This document shows positions 25,177 to 37,714 of a stretch of 64,000 nucleotides of DNA, in pieces. The stretch is from Phyllosticta citribraziliensis (lineage: Eukaryota). The stretch covers positions 558,001-622,000 of the forward strand of contig NW_027117347.1 of the NCBI RefSeq assembly GCF_038025025.1, given 5' to 3'. A program made the translations under genes and the position numbers. Each line of letters begins with the position of its first letter. Position 1 is the stretch's first letter. A model generated the notes under the pieces. The model saw only the letters and a program-made list of their open reading frames with translations, had not been told where the DNA came from and did no database searches.

Positions 25177-27220
25177 ATGACGCCCCAAACTTCCTCCCAA
25201 GCCTCTGTCTTTGCCACGCGCCCAGCCCTACGTCCGTCGACTGCGCCCTCGGACACTCCTCCCTTGCCTCAGGATCCCTCAGACACCGAAGACTATGACG
25301 ACCTCCGAGACGATGCCTCCGCCTTCGCCCAAGGCCGCCCCCAACCCAATGGCCACTCCACTCCCGGCCAGGTCACCACTGGCAGCAGCGCTGGCTCTGT
25401 CAGTGGAGGCGACAGCCCACACCATAGAACCTACGACGACGTACGTCCGCCCTCGCTCGACGATGCTTCGTCATCACACAATCGCCGGAGGAGCGTACTC
25501 GTCAATTTAGAGCGTACACAAAAGAAGGGAGGATACATTTTGACCGCCGACGACCCAGAAATCCGTCGTCTGCTGCGGAGAGGCATCGAGAGGGAGAACT
25601 CAAGCAACGACTCTTCGGCCAAGGCATCCAGTCGCGCTCGCTTTCGGGATCTGGTCTTCACCCGCCAGTTTTCTACTTTTGACCGTCAAAACTCACACAG
25701 TCATGACTCAACTTTTCGGGGCTTCTTCACTCTCTTCTGGCTGGCCATGGCGCTTCTTTTGATTCGCATTGCCGCGAGGAATTGGAGAACCTACGGCACC
25801 GTATTTGGCGCCAACGAGATATGGAAAATGATGTTCGAGCGAGACGTTGCCGTACTTTTGGCAACAGACGGCGTCATGGTTGCAGTCACCGTCTTCGGGT
25901 TGTTTCTGCACAAGCTCATTCTCAAGGGATACTTGAGCTGGGAGAGGTCGGGCTATTTGATAGAGCACGCCTGGCAATTATCTTTCCTCGCCATTACCCT
26001 CTACTGGACAGTCTATCGTGAATGGCCCTGGACGCACACCATTTTCTTAGTCTTGCATTGCATGGTTTTCCTCATGAAGCAGCACAGTTATACATTTTAC
26101 AATGGCTACTGTAAGTTCTAGGCTCCATTGTTTGATGCCCAGCCGCTGACGCTGTCCAGTGTCGCAGATTTACCGGCGCAAGCAGCTCCTGGAAGGAAAA
26201 CTACGTGAGCTCAAAGACAAGGCGCCCGCTGGTGATTTTGATAGTCCCGTCACATCGTCGGTCGAGAAGCCAGCCCAATCAGACCTCCGCCGCCGGCGAC
26301 GCTCCTCAACCTCCAAAGCATCAACCAACTTGCTGCAGGAAAAGTCGGCCGTTTCCTCCATCGCCGCCGCCATTGCGTCGGGAGAGGCGTTGGATGCGGA
26401 GCAGCTCGAGGCTTTCACCAGAGTAATCGAAGACGAGATTGAGAGTCTGCAAACCGAACTCCGGGGCAAGGCTACCAAGGATGAGAGCGCGTACCCCAAC
26501 AACCTCACGCTGGCCAACTTTGCCGACTGGACGGTGCTACCGACGCTGGTGTACGAGCTCGAGTACCCGCGGCAAGAGAAGATCAACTGGTGGTACGTGG
26601 CGGAGAAGACGACGGCAACGTTTGGCGTCATCTGGGTGATGATGGTCATCTCGCAAGCGTACATCTACCCGCCGGTGACAGAGACGCTGCGCATGAAGGA
26701 GGCGGGCATGCCGCTGCTGGAGCGGGCGCGCGAGTTCCCCTGGATCGTCAGCGACATGATGTTCCCGATGCTGCTGGAGCAGCTGCTGGCGTGGTACGTC
26801 ATCTGGGAGTGCGCGCTCAACGTGCTGGCGGAGCTGTCGCGCTTCGCGGACCGCGGCTTCTACGGCGACTGGTGGAACTCGACGTCGTGGGATCAGTACG
26901 CGCGTAACTGGAACCGCCCCGTCCACGTCTTCCTCCTGCGCCACGTCTACCACTCGTCCATTTCGTCGTGGCATCTCAGCAAGGGCTCGGCGACGTTTGT
27001 CACGTTTCTGCTGTCGGCGCTCGTCCACGAGCTCGTCATGCTGTGTCTTTTTAAGAAGGTCCGGGGCTATCTCTTTGCGCTGCAGCTGTCGCAGATCCCG
27101 CTCGTCACCCTGAGTCGCACGCGCCTGCTGAAGGGGAGGGCGTTGTTGGGCAACGTCCTCTTCTGGATTGGTTTGTTTGTCGGCCCCAGTCTCTTGACCA
27201 GCCTGTACCTCATCGTTTGA
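25177..27220 (+). CDS. ARE2: Sterol O-acyltransferase (ACAT/ARE, MBOAT family), 2 exons
   Basis: FRDLVFTRQFSTFDRQN, FLMKQHSYTFYNGY|L, YPNNLT, PTLVYELEYPR, LNVLAELSRFADRGFYGDWWNS, WNRPVHVFLLRHVY, LSALVHELV. Intron 26111-26159. ARE1 versus ARE2 cannot be distinguished. Confidence 0.93.
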
Positions 27221-28332
27221 GGAGTGGCCGTAATTCTCTTGAACCTTGTTATTGAGGATTGTTTGCATTTTCTTGCCTTGGCCTGGAGTACTTTAGTTGC
27301 CAGCTTCTTCAACATGTAATTTTCTTCTCCGACTGCAACCAGACTCAAAGAGTGATGAGCCTGTTTTATCGCGTAAGGGCTATGAATATTCTCAGGTCCA
27401 GCACATTGGATGACGAATGCTCCCCGCCAATCCGGCACGGTAGCACCCGCGCTGTTTATTGCATTGGTCTACAACGTTTTCGGCGCCAACTGAGGAGGGA
27501 CCATGTGGAGGGAGGGGGAAAACAAAAAGGTCAGGCTTTATACCTTCCATCGCCTTTTCTAAATGAACAAATGCCTCCACCTTTATGGATACCCCACTTC
27601 CTACCCTTCAGCACCTTGTTTCTGCTTCGTCAATCTGTATGCTCTCAATCCAATCGCCTCTCCCATCACTCTCTGACCGCTCACTGCACCGAAAACCGCG
27701 GTGCGGGGAGCTAGTCGATAAGCTGATAAGGAGCTGCACGTTCATCAGGGTCCACAGATAAACCCCTCATTGTGATGTTTTCGATTGACCTCACACCTGT
27801 TTGGCAAACTTTCGTCAGTGGACAAGGTCGCGCGATCGATTTACTGCAATTGTAGACATGATGTGGCAGGAATTGACGACGGCCACACAGACCAAAGAGC
27901 TTGCAGGCGGTGTGGTGCTGGGAATTACTAATGCAAGCGGCGATGATGTAATTCCAGGCGGCATGGCGGCAGGCGGACGGGCAAAGCGGCACGGGTCGAA
28001 GAGGTGATATGGGCGCGGCGGGGGACGAGACGAGAGGATGAGACGATTCGAAACTGGGGTTTGGGTTGACCAACCACGCTGCTACTTGCCTTACCTACTC
28101 CTCCTTCGCTGACCTTCTCCCTCTCGTGTCTTTTTTGTCAGCTACCTACCTTACCCTACCTCTGACAAGCTCTTGCTCCGTCTTGCCTCTACACCGTCCC
28201 TCTCTCAATTCAATTCTTCCCCGTGAGCAACGAGAACCCGCCTTTTCTTCTCGTAAGCCGCCAGTGCCAATTGACTTTGTGGTTAAGAGGATGTGATACT
28301 GATCAGCCCTCAGCGCCGAATACATCGCAACA

Positions 28333-29483
28333 ATGGATGCCGCCACGCCAGTCGACCCCTCGACAATCTTCTCGGCCAAAGACCTGGTCGTCGCCATCAC
28401 CGGCGGTGGCACTGGTAAGCCCCCTCTTGCTACCCCCCTCAGTAGTCCTCTTGAAAGCCCCCACTAACGACCCCTCAGGTATCGGCCTTGCCATGACAGC
28501 CGCCGTGTACAAGACGGGCGCCAGCAAAGTCTACATCCTCGGCCGGCGGCTCAACGTCCTCGAATCCGCCGCCAAATCGCTCGACCCATCCGGCAAGACC
28601 ATCATCCCGCTGACGTGCGACATCACGGCGCTGGCATCCATCAAGGAAGCCGTGGCGCGCATCGAAGCCGACGTCGGGTACCTGGACGTGCTGGTCAACA
28701 ACAGCGGGCGCATCGGACCGTCGAACCGCGCGGCGCTCGACGCGCAGAGCATCGAGCAGCTGCGCGACGCACTGCTGACGGGCCTGTCGGACGATGTCGA
28801 CAACGACTTCAACTCGACGCTCGTCACCAACGCGTCCAGCGTCGTCGCCGCCAGCGCGTCGTTCCTGCCGCTGCTGGCCCGCGGCAACGAGCGTCGCGGC
28901 TGGTCGACGGCCAAGCTGGCGCCCGACCAGGTGCGCAAGCGCGACGCGGCCAGGGCGCAGAAGGAGGCCGGCGTCGAGCTGTCGGATCACCGCTCCAGCC
29001 AGATCATCACCACGGCCAGCATCGCCGGCTTCAACCGCGGCATCACGGCCGGCGTGGCGTACAGCGCCAGCAAGGCGGCGGCGGTGCATCTGGGCAAGAT
29101 TCTGGCGACGCTGCTCGTGCCGTGGGGCGTCAGGAGCAACGTGATAGCGCCGGGAAGTAAGCGTGCCCAATCTCTTTTGTCGGAATATCCACCCCCCTGT
29201 CCGGCTGTCTTTTGCCCCCTTACCCCTTGGCGAAGAACCACCCCTCCCTCCCGCCCTGAAACCAACCATGCTGACTCGACCACCGCTAGTCTACCCCTCG
29301 GCCATGACGGGCGAGTCGGACGCCGAGATCATCTCGAGCCAAGTGCCGCTCGGCAAGAAGGGCGGCTTCGACGACATCGCCGGCCTCATCCTGTACATGG
29401 TCGGCAAGGGCGGATCGTATCTGAACGGCAGCGTCCAGGTGTCGGACGGCGGCCGCTTGTCCGGCTTCCCGGGCACGTATTGA
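28333..29483 (+). CDS. Short-chain dehydrogenase/reductase, 3 coding exons (plus probable 5' UTR intron ~28253-28306)
   Basis: VVAITGGGT|GIG Rossmann motif, LDVLVNNSG, TASIAG, YSASK catalytic motif, RSNVIAPG|IYPS, YLNGSVQVSDGG. Introns ~28415-28478 and ~29157-29289. Confidence 0.92.
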
Positions 29484-30020
29484 GCGGCTTGACGAGACGG
29501 AGTCAATCAATCAATGCGTGAAGGAGGTCAACGAGGATGAGGTGCAGATGCATGCGGGTTGGGGAGATGGCAAAGCTCTGTTTGCTAGCCGCGCGCTAAG
29601 GTGAGGGATGAGATGAGACGTTGTCTGGAGTTCGTCGTGTAGGTCAGGTAGGTCGTAGAGGGAAGGCAGAGCGTCACCGCTGAGATCAGCATATCGATGC
29701 TACGAAATACCACACTCCCGCTCCCAACCCAGCTTCAAGTGGTAAGCCTTGGTCTGTCAGGAATGGCTTCAGGAAGAGCAAAAGACATGGCTCGCATACA
29801 TGCCCCATCTGACTGTTGTTCTCTGAGATCATGCGTCCGACTTGCTCGTAGCCTGGGTATCTTGAAACGTGATGGAGCAAGTGTTCCATTTTGTCGCTGC
29901 TGTGTGCCACAACAACCCACGACAACGAGGCTCGCATTCAGGACAGATGGATGGGACGCCGGACAGCATCTCCCAACTTCCCCTAGCCGTATTATCTAGC
30001 CATCTACCTACCAACCTCCA

Positions 30021-32136
30021 TCACTCCCTCTCCTCCTTACCCGCAATCAACTCCTCCAAAACCGCCTTCGCCCTCTCAGCCTCCACCCTCCCCTCCTCGC
30101 CCCTCCTCATCATCTGGCCCACAAACCACATAACCTTGGCGCTCCTCCCAGCGCGAATCTCATCGACGAGCTGCGGCCGCTCGGCCAGCACGGCGGCGGC
30201 GAGGTCGACGTACTCGGCGCGCGACATGGGGCGCAGGAGCAGGTTGTGCTCGGCGACGAGGCGGTCGACGTCGCGGGCGGCGTTGTCGCCGAAGAAGAGC
30301 GTCGAGAGGGCCAGCTTGGCCGAGGCGGTCGTGATGCGGCGGCGGAGGAGGAGCAGGAGGAGGCGGGCGAGGGAGGAGGGGGGTGGGAGGAGGTGGGGCG
30401 TGAAGGGGGTGCCGGAGGTGGTGAGGAGGGTGCCTAGTTCCATGATGATCCTGTTGGTGCTTGTGGTCAGAGAAGTGTTTTTGTGGGGAAGGGGGGAAGG
30501 GGTAAGGGGGTAAGGTAGGTGTTTGACGCAACGCAACGCAACATACCAGTTTCCCGCGACCCTACCCAGCTTCAGCGTCTTCTGCTCTTCCGCCGTCGTC
30601 TGCTCGCGCATCTGGCGCACGACGTCGAAATAGTAGTCGAGTCGGTCGCCGCCGTCAAACGCCAGCAGCGTCTTGGCGTCCTTGATCGTCAGGCCGTACT
30701 GCGGGTCGTGGACGAGCTTGTGCAGCGTCTGATCGGGCAGCTCGGGGAGCGTGGATGCCAGGTGCTGTAAGAGATCCTGTGTGTGCGCATGGCGTAGAGG
30801 TTAGCTGGTGTTTTCTTTCGCCGCGGCGCAGCTCCTGCTTCCGCTGCTCTCTCTCGAGGGTAGGTAGGGGTACTCACGTCGCCGATGATGACGGGCCCCA
30901 GGTCTGGATCTGGCATGTAGCGGTAGTCGACCTCGCCCTCCTTGCCGCGCAGCTTGCGCGTCTCGGTGCCGCCCGTCGTCCACGCTCGCGTCTCGCCCTC
31001 GATCTTGCCGCCAGCCTCGAGCACGTCAATCTGCCGCGCCATCTCGGCGCGAATCGCCTCCTCAACGGCCTTGAACGTGTTGAGGTTCTTGATCTCCGTC
31101 CGCTGGCCCAAGCCCGCAACACCATAGTACGAATGCGGCGCATCGCCGGCATCGCCGCCTCTGCGTCTGACAGAGACGTTGACGTCGGCGCGCAAGCCGC
31201 CAGCCTCCATGCCGGCGGTCACGGCGTTGACCGACTTGAGCACGGCCTGGATCTTGCGCACGCAGGCGGCGGCCGTGGCCGGGTGGTGGATCTGGGGCAG
31301 CGTGATGATCTCGACGAGCGGGTGCGACACGCGGTTGAAGTCGAGCAGCGACGTGGCGGGCGGCTGCGCCAGCGTCTTGGCCGTATCCTGCTCCATCTGT
31401 ACCTGCTTGATGCCGATCGTGATGGCCCGCCCGTCCTCGGGCGCGATGCCGTCGTAGTCGTACAGCGTGATGGCGCCGTCGCGCGCAAAGGGCTCTGCCA
31501 TGCTTGTCAACGAGCCGATCTTGCCGTCGTCGACGACGTCTGCACATTGCTTGGGAGGCCGCTACTACCATAGTACTGCGTGATCTGGTAGCCCGCCGGC
31601 TGGTCCTGGTAAAAGTAGTGCTTGCGGTCGAAGCTGCTCTTGCGCTGGACGCGGCAGCCCATGGCCAGCGCCGCGCGCAGCGCCGGCACCAGCGTCGCCT
31701 GCTGGAACTGCGGCTGCGTGCCGGGGAACGCCACGTCGAACGGGGCGACGTGCGAGTTGGGCGCCGCGCTGGACGACGTCGCCGCGGGCGAGAAGAGCTT
31801 CCGCGCCGTGTTGAGCTCGGCGTGGATTTCGATGCCCACCGTCAATTCCCACTTGTCCAGCCGCGCGTCGAGCGGCGATGCTGACGATGACGACTTGCCC
31901 TTGGAGCTCTTGGACCCCGTCTCGGCTCGACGTCGTTTGGCCTCCTCTTTCTGCTGTGCTCGGAATGATAGCTCTTCATGGTGTTGAGGATTTGCGTGTA
32001 GGCTGCGAGCTTGCAATTGAGGCACGAATTGGAACGGTCGATTTGGCCGGATTCGAGATTGGAGGCATGATGCGCATACGTATCGTGAGGGTCGAAGCGG
32101 GAGCGCCAGCGAGCTCCGCAGTCGAGGAGAGTGCAT
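30021..32136 (-). CDS. PET112: Mitochondrial glutamyl-tRNA(Gln) amidotransferase subunit B (GatB), 4 exons
   Basis: Arg-rich presequence. [88 protein letters not shown]. Introns near 31495-31569, 30766-30877 and 30450-30546. Confidence 0.95.
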
Positions 32137-32545
32137 GTTTGCAATACGGAAGAGCTAGCTGCTCCGCGGAGGTGAATGCGGGCTCGGTCTGCGGCAACTA
32201 CTTTTTACATACAACACCACAACGTGAAGGACAATGGAACTATTTCGTTGGAAATCCCAGCCATTGAATGTTGCGTGACATGTAGAGACTGCAATCAATC
32301 ACTACGTATAGATGAAGAAAACGAAATCTCAGTGACAAATCTGCTCCTTTCGCCTGGAGATAATGCTAAAGCAAGACACTTGAACTGGGCCTTTTGAACC
32401 CCTCAAACATGACAATGCTTTTCAGAGCTCAGATATAAATTCGATGCTCACTTTCCGGATATCAACAGAAAACCTCTCCTTTTCCATGCCCAGAAGCCCG
32501 AAAACCAAACTCCATGCCATGCAACTTATCCCAACTCTGAGGCCC

Positions 32546-33700
32546 CTACATCCTCTTCTTGAGCGTCTTTCTCCTCTTCGCAAACATGGCTCCAGCCTCC
32601 GCCCCCGCGCCATCACCCCTCGGCCCATCATCGACAGCCCGCTTGCGACTCCTGTCCAACGCGCCCGCAGCGCCAGACTTGCCGCTCTTCTTGGCCGTCA
32701 AGCGGTCGATGCGATGCAAGCCAGCGCCCAAGTCGCGCCACTCCTCGCCGCCAAAGCCGCCGCGCTGGTCGCGCTTGCCCTTCTTGGCGCGGTCCTTCTT
32801 GCTCTCCGTCGGCAGCCGCACCATGTTGGTCTCCTCGTACGTGCGGCGCTCGGCCTCCTCGTCGCGCTCGCGCTGCGACTTGACGCGCCGACCGCCCGAC
32901 ACGATGGTGCTGCCGATGCTGGGCTCGGCCACGGGCGCCGCCGACAGCTCGTCGGCGATGAACTCGTCGATGGCGGCTGACTTCATGGGGCCCCGGCGCC
33001 CGTCGTCGCGGTCGCGGTGCGCCTCGGGCATCGTCGTCGCCGTGATGCGAGGCGGCCTGTAGATGCCGTCGGACGGCTCCTCCTTGCCCTTCTTCTTCGT
33101 GTCGGCGGCGGCGCTCGCGGCCGGGCGCGTAAAAGCAGCTGGATTGGGGCGATAGGCCAGCTCGTCGACGTCTGGGCCATCTTCGTCTTCGTCGTCGGAG
33201 CCAGACTCGGATGCGTCGTCCTCTGAAACCCCCTCCGACTCGTCGCTGCCCGCGTCGCCCATTTTGCCGGCCTTGCCTCGCCCATTTGCTTGTGCGGCTG
33301 CGGATTTTTGTGCTTCAAGGCGCACTGCGTCCTCGGCCGCGCGAATGACCTTGTCGATTTGGTACTTGAGTTTGGCTTCGAGCGGGCGCACGCCCTTTTC
33401 GAGGTAGAGGCGCAGCTCGACGAGCTTCTTGACGACCTGGTCGTTCAGGTCTGACGCGCCTTCGGTCATGTCGTCGCGCTGGTTTTCGTTGCCTGGCGCA
33501 TTCTTGATCTTCAGGAGGATGAGGAATACGAGGTTCTGGAGGTATGAGAGGAGGAGCTCGTTCTTGACGTCGAGGAGAGAGATGCCGTCTTTGGGTGGGA
33601 GTGCTGCATCCTGGTCGGGGACGGCTTCCGAGGCAGAGGTTAGCGATGTAGTCAGATTCGATAGCAAAGCCGGTAGCGAGTTGTCCGTCTTTGCAGCCAT
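32546..33700 (-). CDS. LCP5: SSU processome component Lcp5 / neuroguidin (Sas10/Utp3/C1D domain)
   Basis: DGISLLDVKNELLLSYLQNLVFLIL, LVELRLYLEKGVRPLEAKLKYQIDKV, RPNP, GIYRPPRI, YEETNMVRLP. Single 384-aa ORF. Confidence 0.92.
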   Translation of the reverse strand: MAAKTDNSLPALLSNLTTSLTSASEAVPDQDAALPPKDGISLLDVKNELLLSYLQNLVFLILLKIKNAPGNENQRDDMTEGASDLNDQVVKKLVELRLYLEKGVRPLEAKLKYQIDKVIRAAEDAVRLEAQKSAAAQANGRGKAGKMGDAGSDESEGVSEDDASESGSDDEDEDGPDVDELAYRPNPAAFTRPAASAAADTKKKGKEEPSDGIYRPPRITATTMPEAHRDRDDGRRGPMKSAAIDEFIADELSAAPVAEPSIGSTIVSGGRRVKSQRERDEEAERRTYEETNMVRLPTESKKDRAKKGKRDQRGGFGGEEWRDLGAGLHRIDRLTAKKSGKSGAAGALDRSRKRAVDDGPRGDGAGAEAGAMFAKRRKTLKKRM

Positions 33701-34251
33701 TGTCTTGGTGGCGCGATTGCAGCTTTGAGTTGGAGTTGATCGTCTTGAAAATCCGCCAACTTTTTCGCGGCGCGTCCTTATCGATACTTAGTCAGCCTTA
33801 TCGCAGACTTGCCTAAACGGGCAATCCCATCACCACTACGAAAATTCGTCGATTCCGTTGGACAGTCAGGTACATGCATGTATTGGCTTTGAGGATCTTC
33901 AGTACAACGTGTCCAGCTCCGAGATAATCGACTAGGAAGAACTATCGACCGCTTCCTCAACGTCCCCCAAAAGACTCCACAAGGTTCAAAATGAGCACAG
34001 TGTTGCGCCAACAGCCATAGCCTACATTCAACAAAGCCTGTCCTTCAGCGCCCGCTAGCCTAGCCTGGTATCAGCGCGAACGACCAGAAAGCCAAACCCC
34101 ACGCCTAATGCAGGAAGAGGAAAGAGAGAAAACAAAGATCGAAAGATTCGACCCGGGTGCCGAAACCAAACGCCAATTACCACGCCATGCGCTTTTTCGT
34201 CCCCTTGAATAACATCCCCACGTCCCTCACTATAGCCGCACAGCTGATCTC

Positions 34252-36163
34252 TCAGAAATTCACCGTGACACCGGTGGTCGGCAGAGTGTTCCTCGCGGCC
34301 CCCGCCTCACCACCGGGCATCTTCTTCGCACGCGCAAGACCGAAATCAAGCACGTCACTGCGCGGCTCGACGTAGCGGCGCAAGCGTCCCTTGACGCGTA
34401 CAGCCAGAGGCGCCTGTTCGCCAAAAGGGCCGACCTGTGTGCCCTTGACGAAGACGACTTGCCAGAGCGAGCGGCGGCGGTCGTCCGCGTCGTCGTCGGG
34501 CGAGCTAGACAGCGAAGCAGGCGTGCCGTGGGCGAACGGCGACGAGTTGGTGGACGCAGAGAGTGGGGAACAGGGCGTCGACGCGTGGAGTGCGTCGGTG
34601 GGGCCGAAGGCGATGAGGTTGAGTCGGGAGGGCACGCGGACGCGGGGGGTCGACCGCGAGTGCGGTTCGGAGGGATCGAGGGCTGCCAGAGGCTTGTGGG
34701 AGGAGAGGAGGGATTGGGCGGCGTTGTTGAGCAGGATGGCGTAGATAGGACGGGGGAGAGCGCTGGAGCCATTGGTGTTCTTGGGCCAGGTCGTGACGTT
34801 GAGGGTGATGAGGTTAGGGAGGTTTGACAGAGCAGTCTGTTAAAAGATCTGGTCAGTCTTGTGTATCTCTCAACTCGAAGAGGTGCTTTACCTCGAACGC
34901 GGCATAGCTTTCGCTCTTTCCAGAGACGATGCTGGTTGCCGGGAACCCAACGGAAATCTGCTCCAAGTACGGACAGTCTGCGCAGATGCGCTCAAACTCT
35001 GGCACACTGTACACATGTTCCTCCTCTTTCGGATCCGGTCCATTTGCATGCACAATGAGCTGCTTCAGCGTCTTTCCATGCCTAATAATCCCCTCGGCAG
35101 CTGGCAACTCGGCGACATTGGTAATGTCAATCCTGATGTGCTTGAGGCCTGTGACGAGGCAGAGAAAGTTGTCCAGCGCATGAAGAGCGTCGCTCTCTGC
35201 GTTATCCGTGTGCTTGAACTCGAGCGTGTCGAGATGACTCGGCAGCCTGTTGCTCTTGCTAAGCTCGGCAAACAAGGTGCACGCGCCGGGGCAGTCGGAC
35301 AAGGCCAGCTTCCGCAGCGCCGAAAAGTCTATTACGCGGCAGTAAGTCTCGGCGGAGTACCTGAGGTGGATTTTTTGCAGGGTGAGCTCGGCAAGGGGCC
35401 ACGGCTTGCACTCCTCAAAGGGGGACATGTGGCCGAAGAGCTTGGTGGCGATGAGGCCAGGGCCGGTGCTCGAATCGTGGAACTCGCGCGCCGAGTACAG
35501 CGAGTCTGTCGGATTGAAGCTGGCATTGATGACGAGCTTGTCGACGCGCGAGTTTTTGCGAATCAAGATGTTGCAAAAGTCCAGCACGTCTCTGCTGTCG
35601 GGATACAGGCCCAAGGCGCGCACATTCTCGGCGATGTGGTCCAAGTCCTTGGAGCCTTCGAGTTGGTCAAGGATGTTCTTGTCGAGCGAAATGCCCTCCA
35701 GGAAGGTCATGCGCTGCTGGCGACGGTACAAGAGGAGCAAGTTTTCGGCGGAAAAGGGCTGCCATGGGTGCCACGAAAATCTCTCGAGGATGTTTTCGGG
35801 CAGAAATTCGAGAATCATGCGAACGGCAAAGTGGGCCTGTTGGAGCTGATTGCGCTTGTCCTGGATGTCGGCAAGATAAATGTGCAGCCGGCGAATGTGC
35901 TGCAGGCCAACATTGCGTGGGTTCAAAAAGGCACCCAGGTTGAGGTCTGCGGTGCTGCCCACGTCGAGGATGACGTCGCGGTAGAGGCTGCGCACGGCAA
36001 TCTGGTGCAGCTGTTTGCAGACCAGACAGAGATTTCGAAGGTCCGTTGGCCGTAGAACCTTGCGACGGCGTCAACGAATGGTCTTTTGATTGAGCATGCA
36101 ACTTACATATTCCACTATCATGGACCAAATCTCGACCGAGAGACCAGTAGCAGTGACCAGCAT
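34252..36163 (-). CDS. F-box domain protein with LRR/RNI-like repeats, 3 exons
   Basis: MLVTATGLSVEIWSMIVEY|VLRPTDLRNLCLVCKQLHQIAVRSLYRDV is an F-box pattern, followed by LxxLxL repeats. Introns 36059-36106 and ~34837-34891 link ORFs 34853..35995 and 34252..34635. Confidence 0.8.
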
Positions 36164-37280
36164 GTTGAGCAAAGGCGGCTGTGGACAAAGATGAAACAGA
36201 GAGAGGGAAGGAAAAAGCAGCGAGCCGGGGAGGAGGTAGGAGGATTAAAGAAGGCAACGGCCCCACAAGCGAGAGGGCAAGGCGGGCCAAGACTAGAGCA
36301 GAATGAGGGGGATGTAGATCAAAAGCGAGCGGGCGGATGATTGAAGAAGAGGAGGGAGCATCAGCAGTGGCTGGTGAGACGAAGGTCGACGACAACAAGT
36401 GAGTGCGTGGGGGAAGCAGCTAACGCGTGCCTGCAGCGGGAAATTGAAGCCGCTTGGGGATTTGGAGTACGGACGGTAGCAAGCACAATACAATAGGTAC
36501 GGACCGGAGTAGAGAAAATTGTGGGATGCCGCCCGTGAGGCGCAGACAGGACGGGGCGTCGACATTTCTTGGCTGGCTGACTCCGCTGGAGGCAGAGAGG
36601 CAGGCAACCTAGCAAAATGCCACTTGCACGCGACCAAAGTCAGACCATTCTGCGCGATTTGCAGCAAGGATGACAACAACCACCGACAAAACTTGCGACA
36701 CGACCACCGGCCGACCCAGCACCTGCGCTGTGCGTCACTATCCTCTCCTCTTCCTCCGTCGTCGTCGTCGTCGTCGTGGCCATCGTATCGTGCCATGTAC
36801 TGCCGTGGCTGTGAGACACGAGACGGGTCGACGGTAAACACTGCAGGGGACAAGCTTTCTTCAAGACAGCCCGGCCAAGCATCGCCAGCACTCCAGCCCG
36901 CCTCATTCGGCTGTTGCACGCAACATGGAGAGGGGACAACAGAAGGTGAGGTGGAGAAAAAACAACTGTGGCGCACCTCTCTCGGTCAGTCAACGCCGCC
37001 GGCGCCTCCCCCTAGCTGCCCCGTTTGTGCCGTCATCGTGGCAGAAAATAGCGTGGCGCCACCCACATACTACCTGTACATACACAACAACCACCGCACG
37101 GCAGGCATGCCAGAGAAGGAAAGCACCTTCAATCCCGCTCGCCATCACACCATGTAAGCCTGCCCGTGGCTCGACCACTAGACTCATAAAGCATGCCCGT
37201 GGCCAAGATGGGCCAAGTCGTCGCACTGCATCTCGCGTCGGGACCCTTTGTGGTTGGATGCATTCCCTTTTTCCTCGTCC

Positions 37281-37332
37281 TGCCTGCTGCTGCTGCTGCT
37301 GCTGCTGCTCCTGCTCCTCCTCCTCCTCCTCC
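37281..37332 (+). repeat. (GCT)n/(CCT)n trinucleotide microsatellite
   Basis: ctgctgctgctg... followed by cctcctcct... in non-coding DNA. Confidence 0.85.
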
Positions 37333-37714
37333 ACGCGTCTCGCCACATACCTCATACACCTGCTGCGTTTCTCTGCTCTAATCCATGACCTCGACAACAT
37401 CATGTCGCTTCAATTGCTCACGTCGCCGCCTTCATGATTCGCTCCTTGCCTGCCGCTCGCCAGCCACCAAACCTCCCAAAAGTAAAGAGATAACAAAACG
37501 GTTTTGTCGTGAGAGAAAGAGGGCTGGAGCCGCGCCCAAGTATACCTCGTCTCCTACCAAGAGAAAGAAAAAAAAAAAAAAGGAGGCCATCCAGATCCAG
37601 ACTCCCTCGCTATGCAGTAGTGTTATGCATCAACCCAGAATGATGTATGGCACCGCGCTAGGCTCAAAGCACAAAGTATTTTCCAAAGAAAATGAGACAC
37701 GACCAGCTGCTCCG

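Noticed and set aside
27352..27494. Possible C/D-box snoRNA (GTGATGA...CTGA) downstream of the MBOAT gene
   Set aside because: No convincing terminal stem or recognisable rRNA-complementary guide. The motifs are short enough to occur by chance.
34859..36055. 398-aa ORF antisense to the F-box gene (and similar shadows over allantoinase, SDR, GatB, FCP1, UGM)
   Set aside because: Expected stop-codon depletion on the antisense strand of GC3-rich genes. The compositions are not protein-like.
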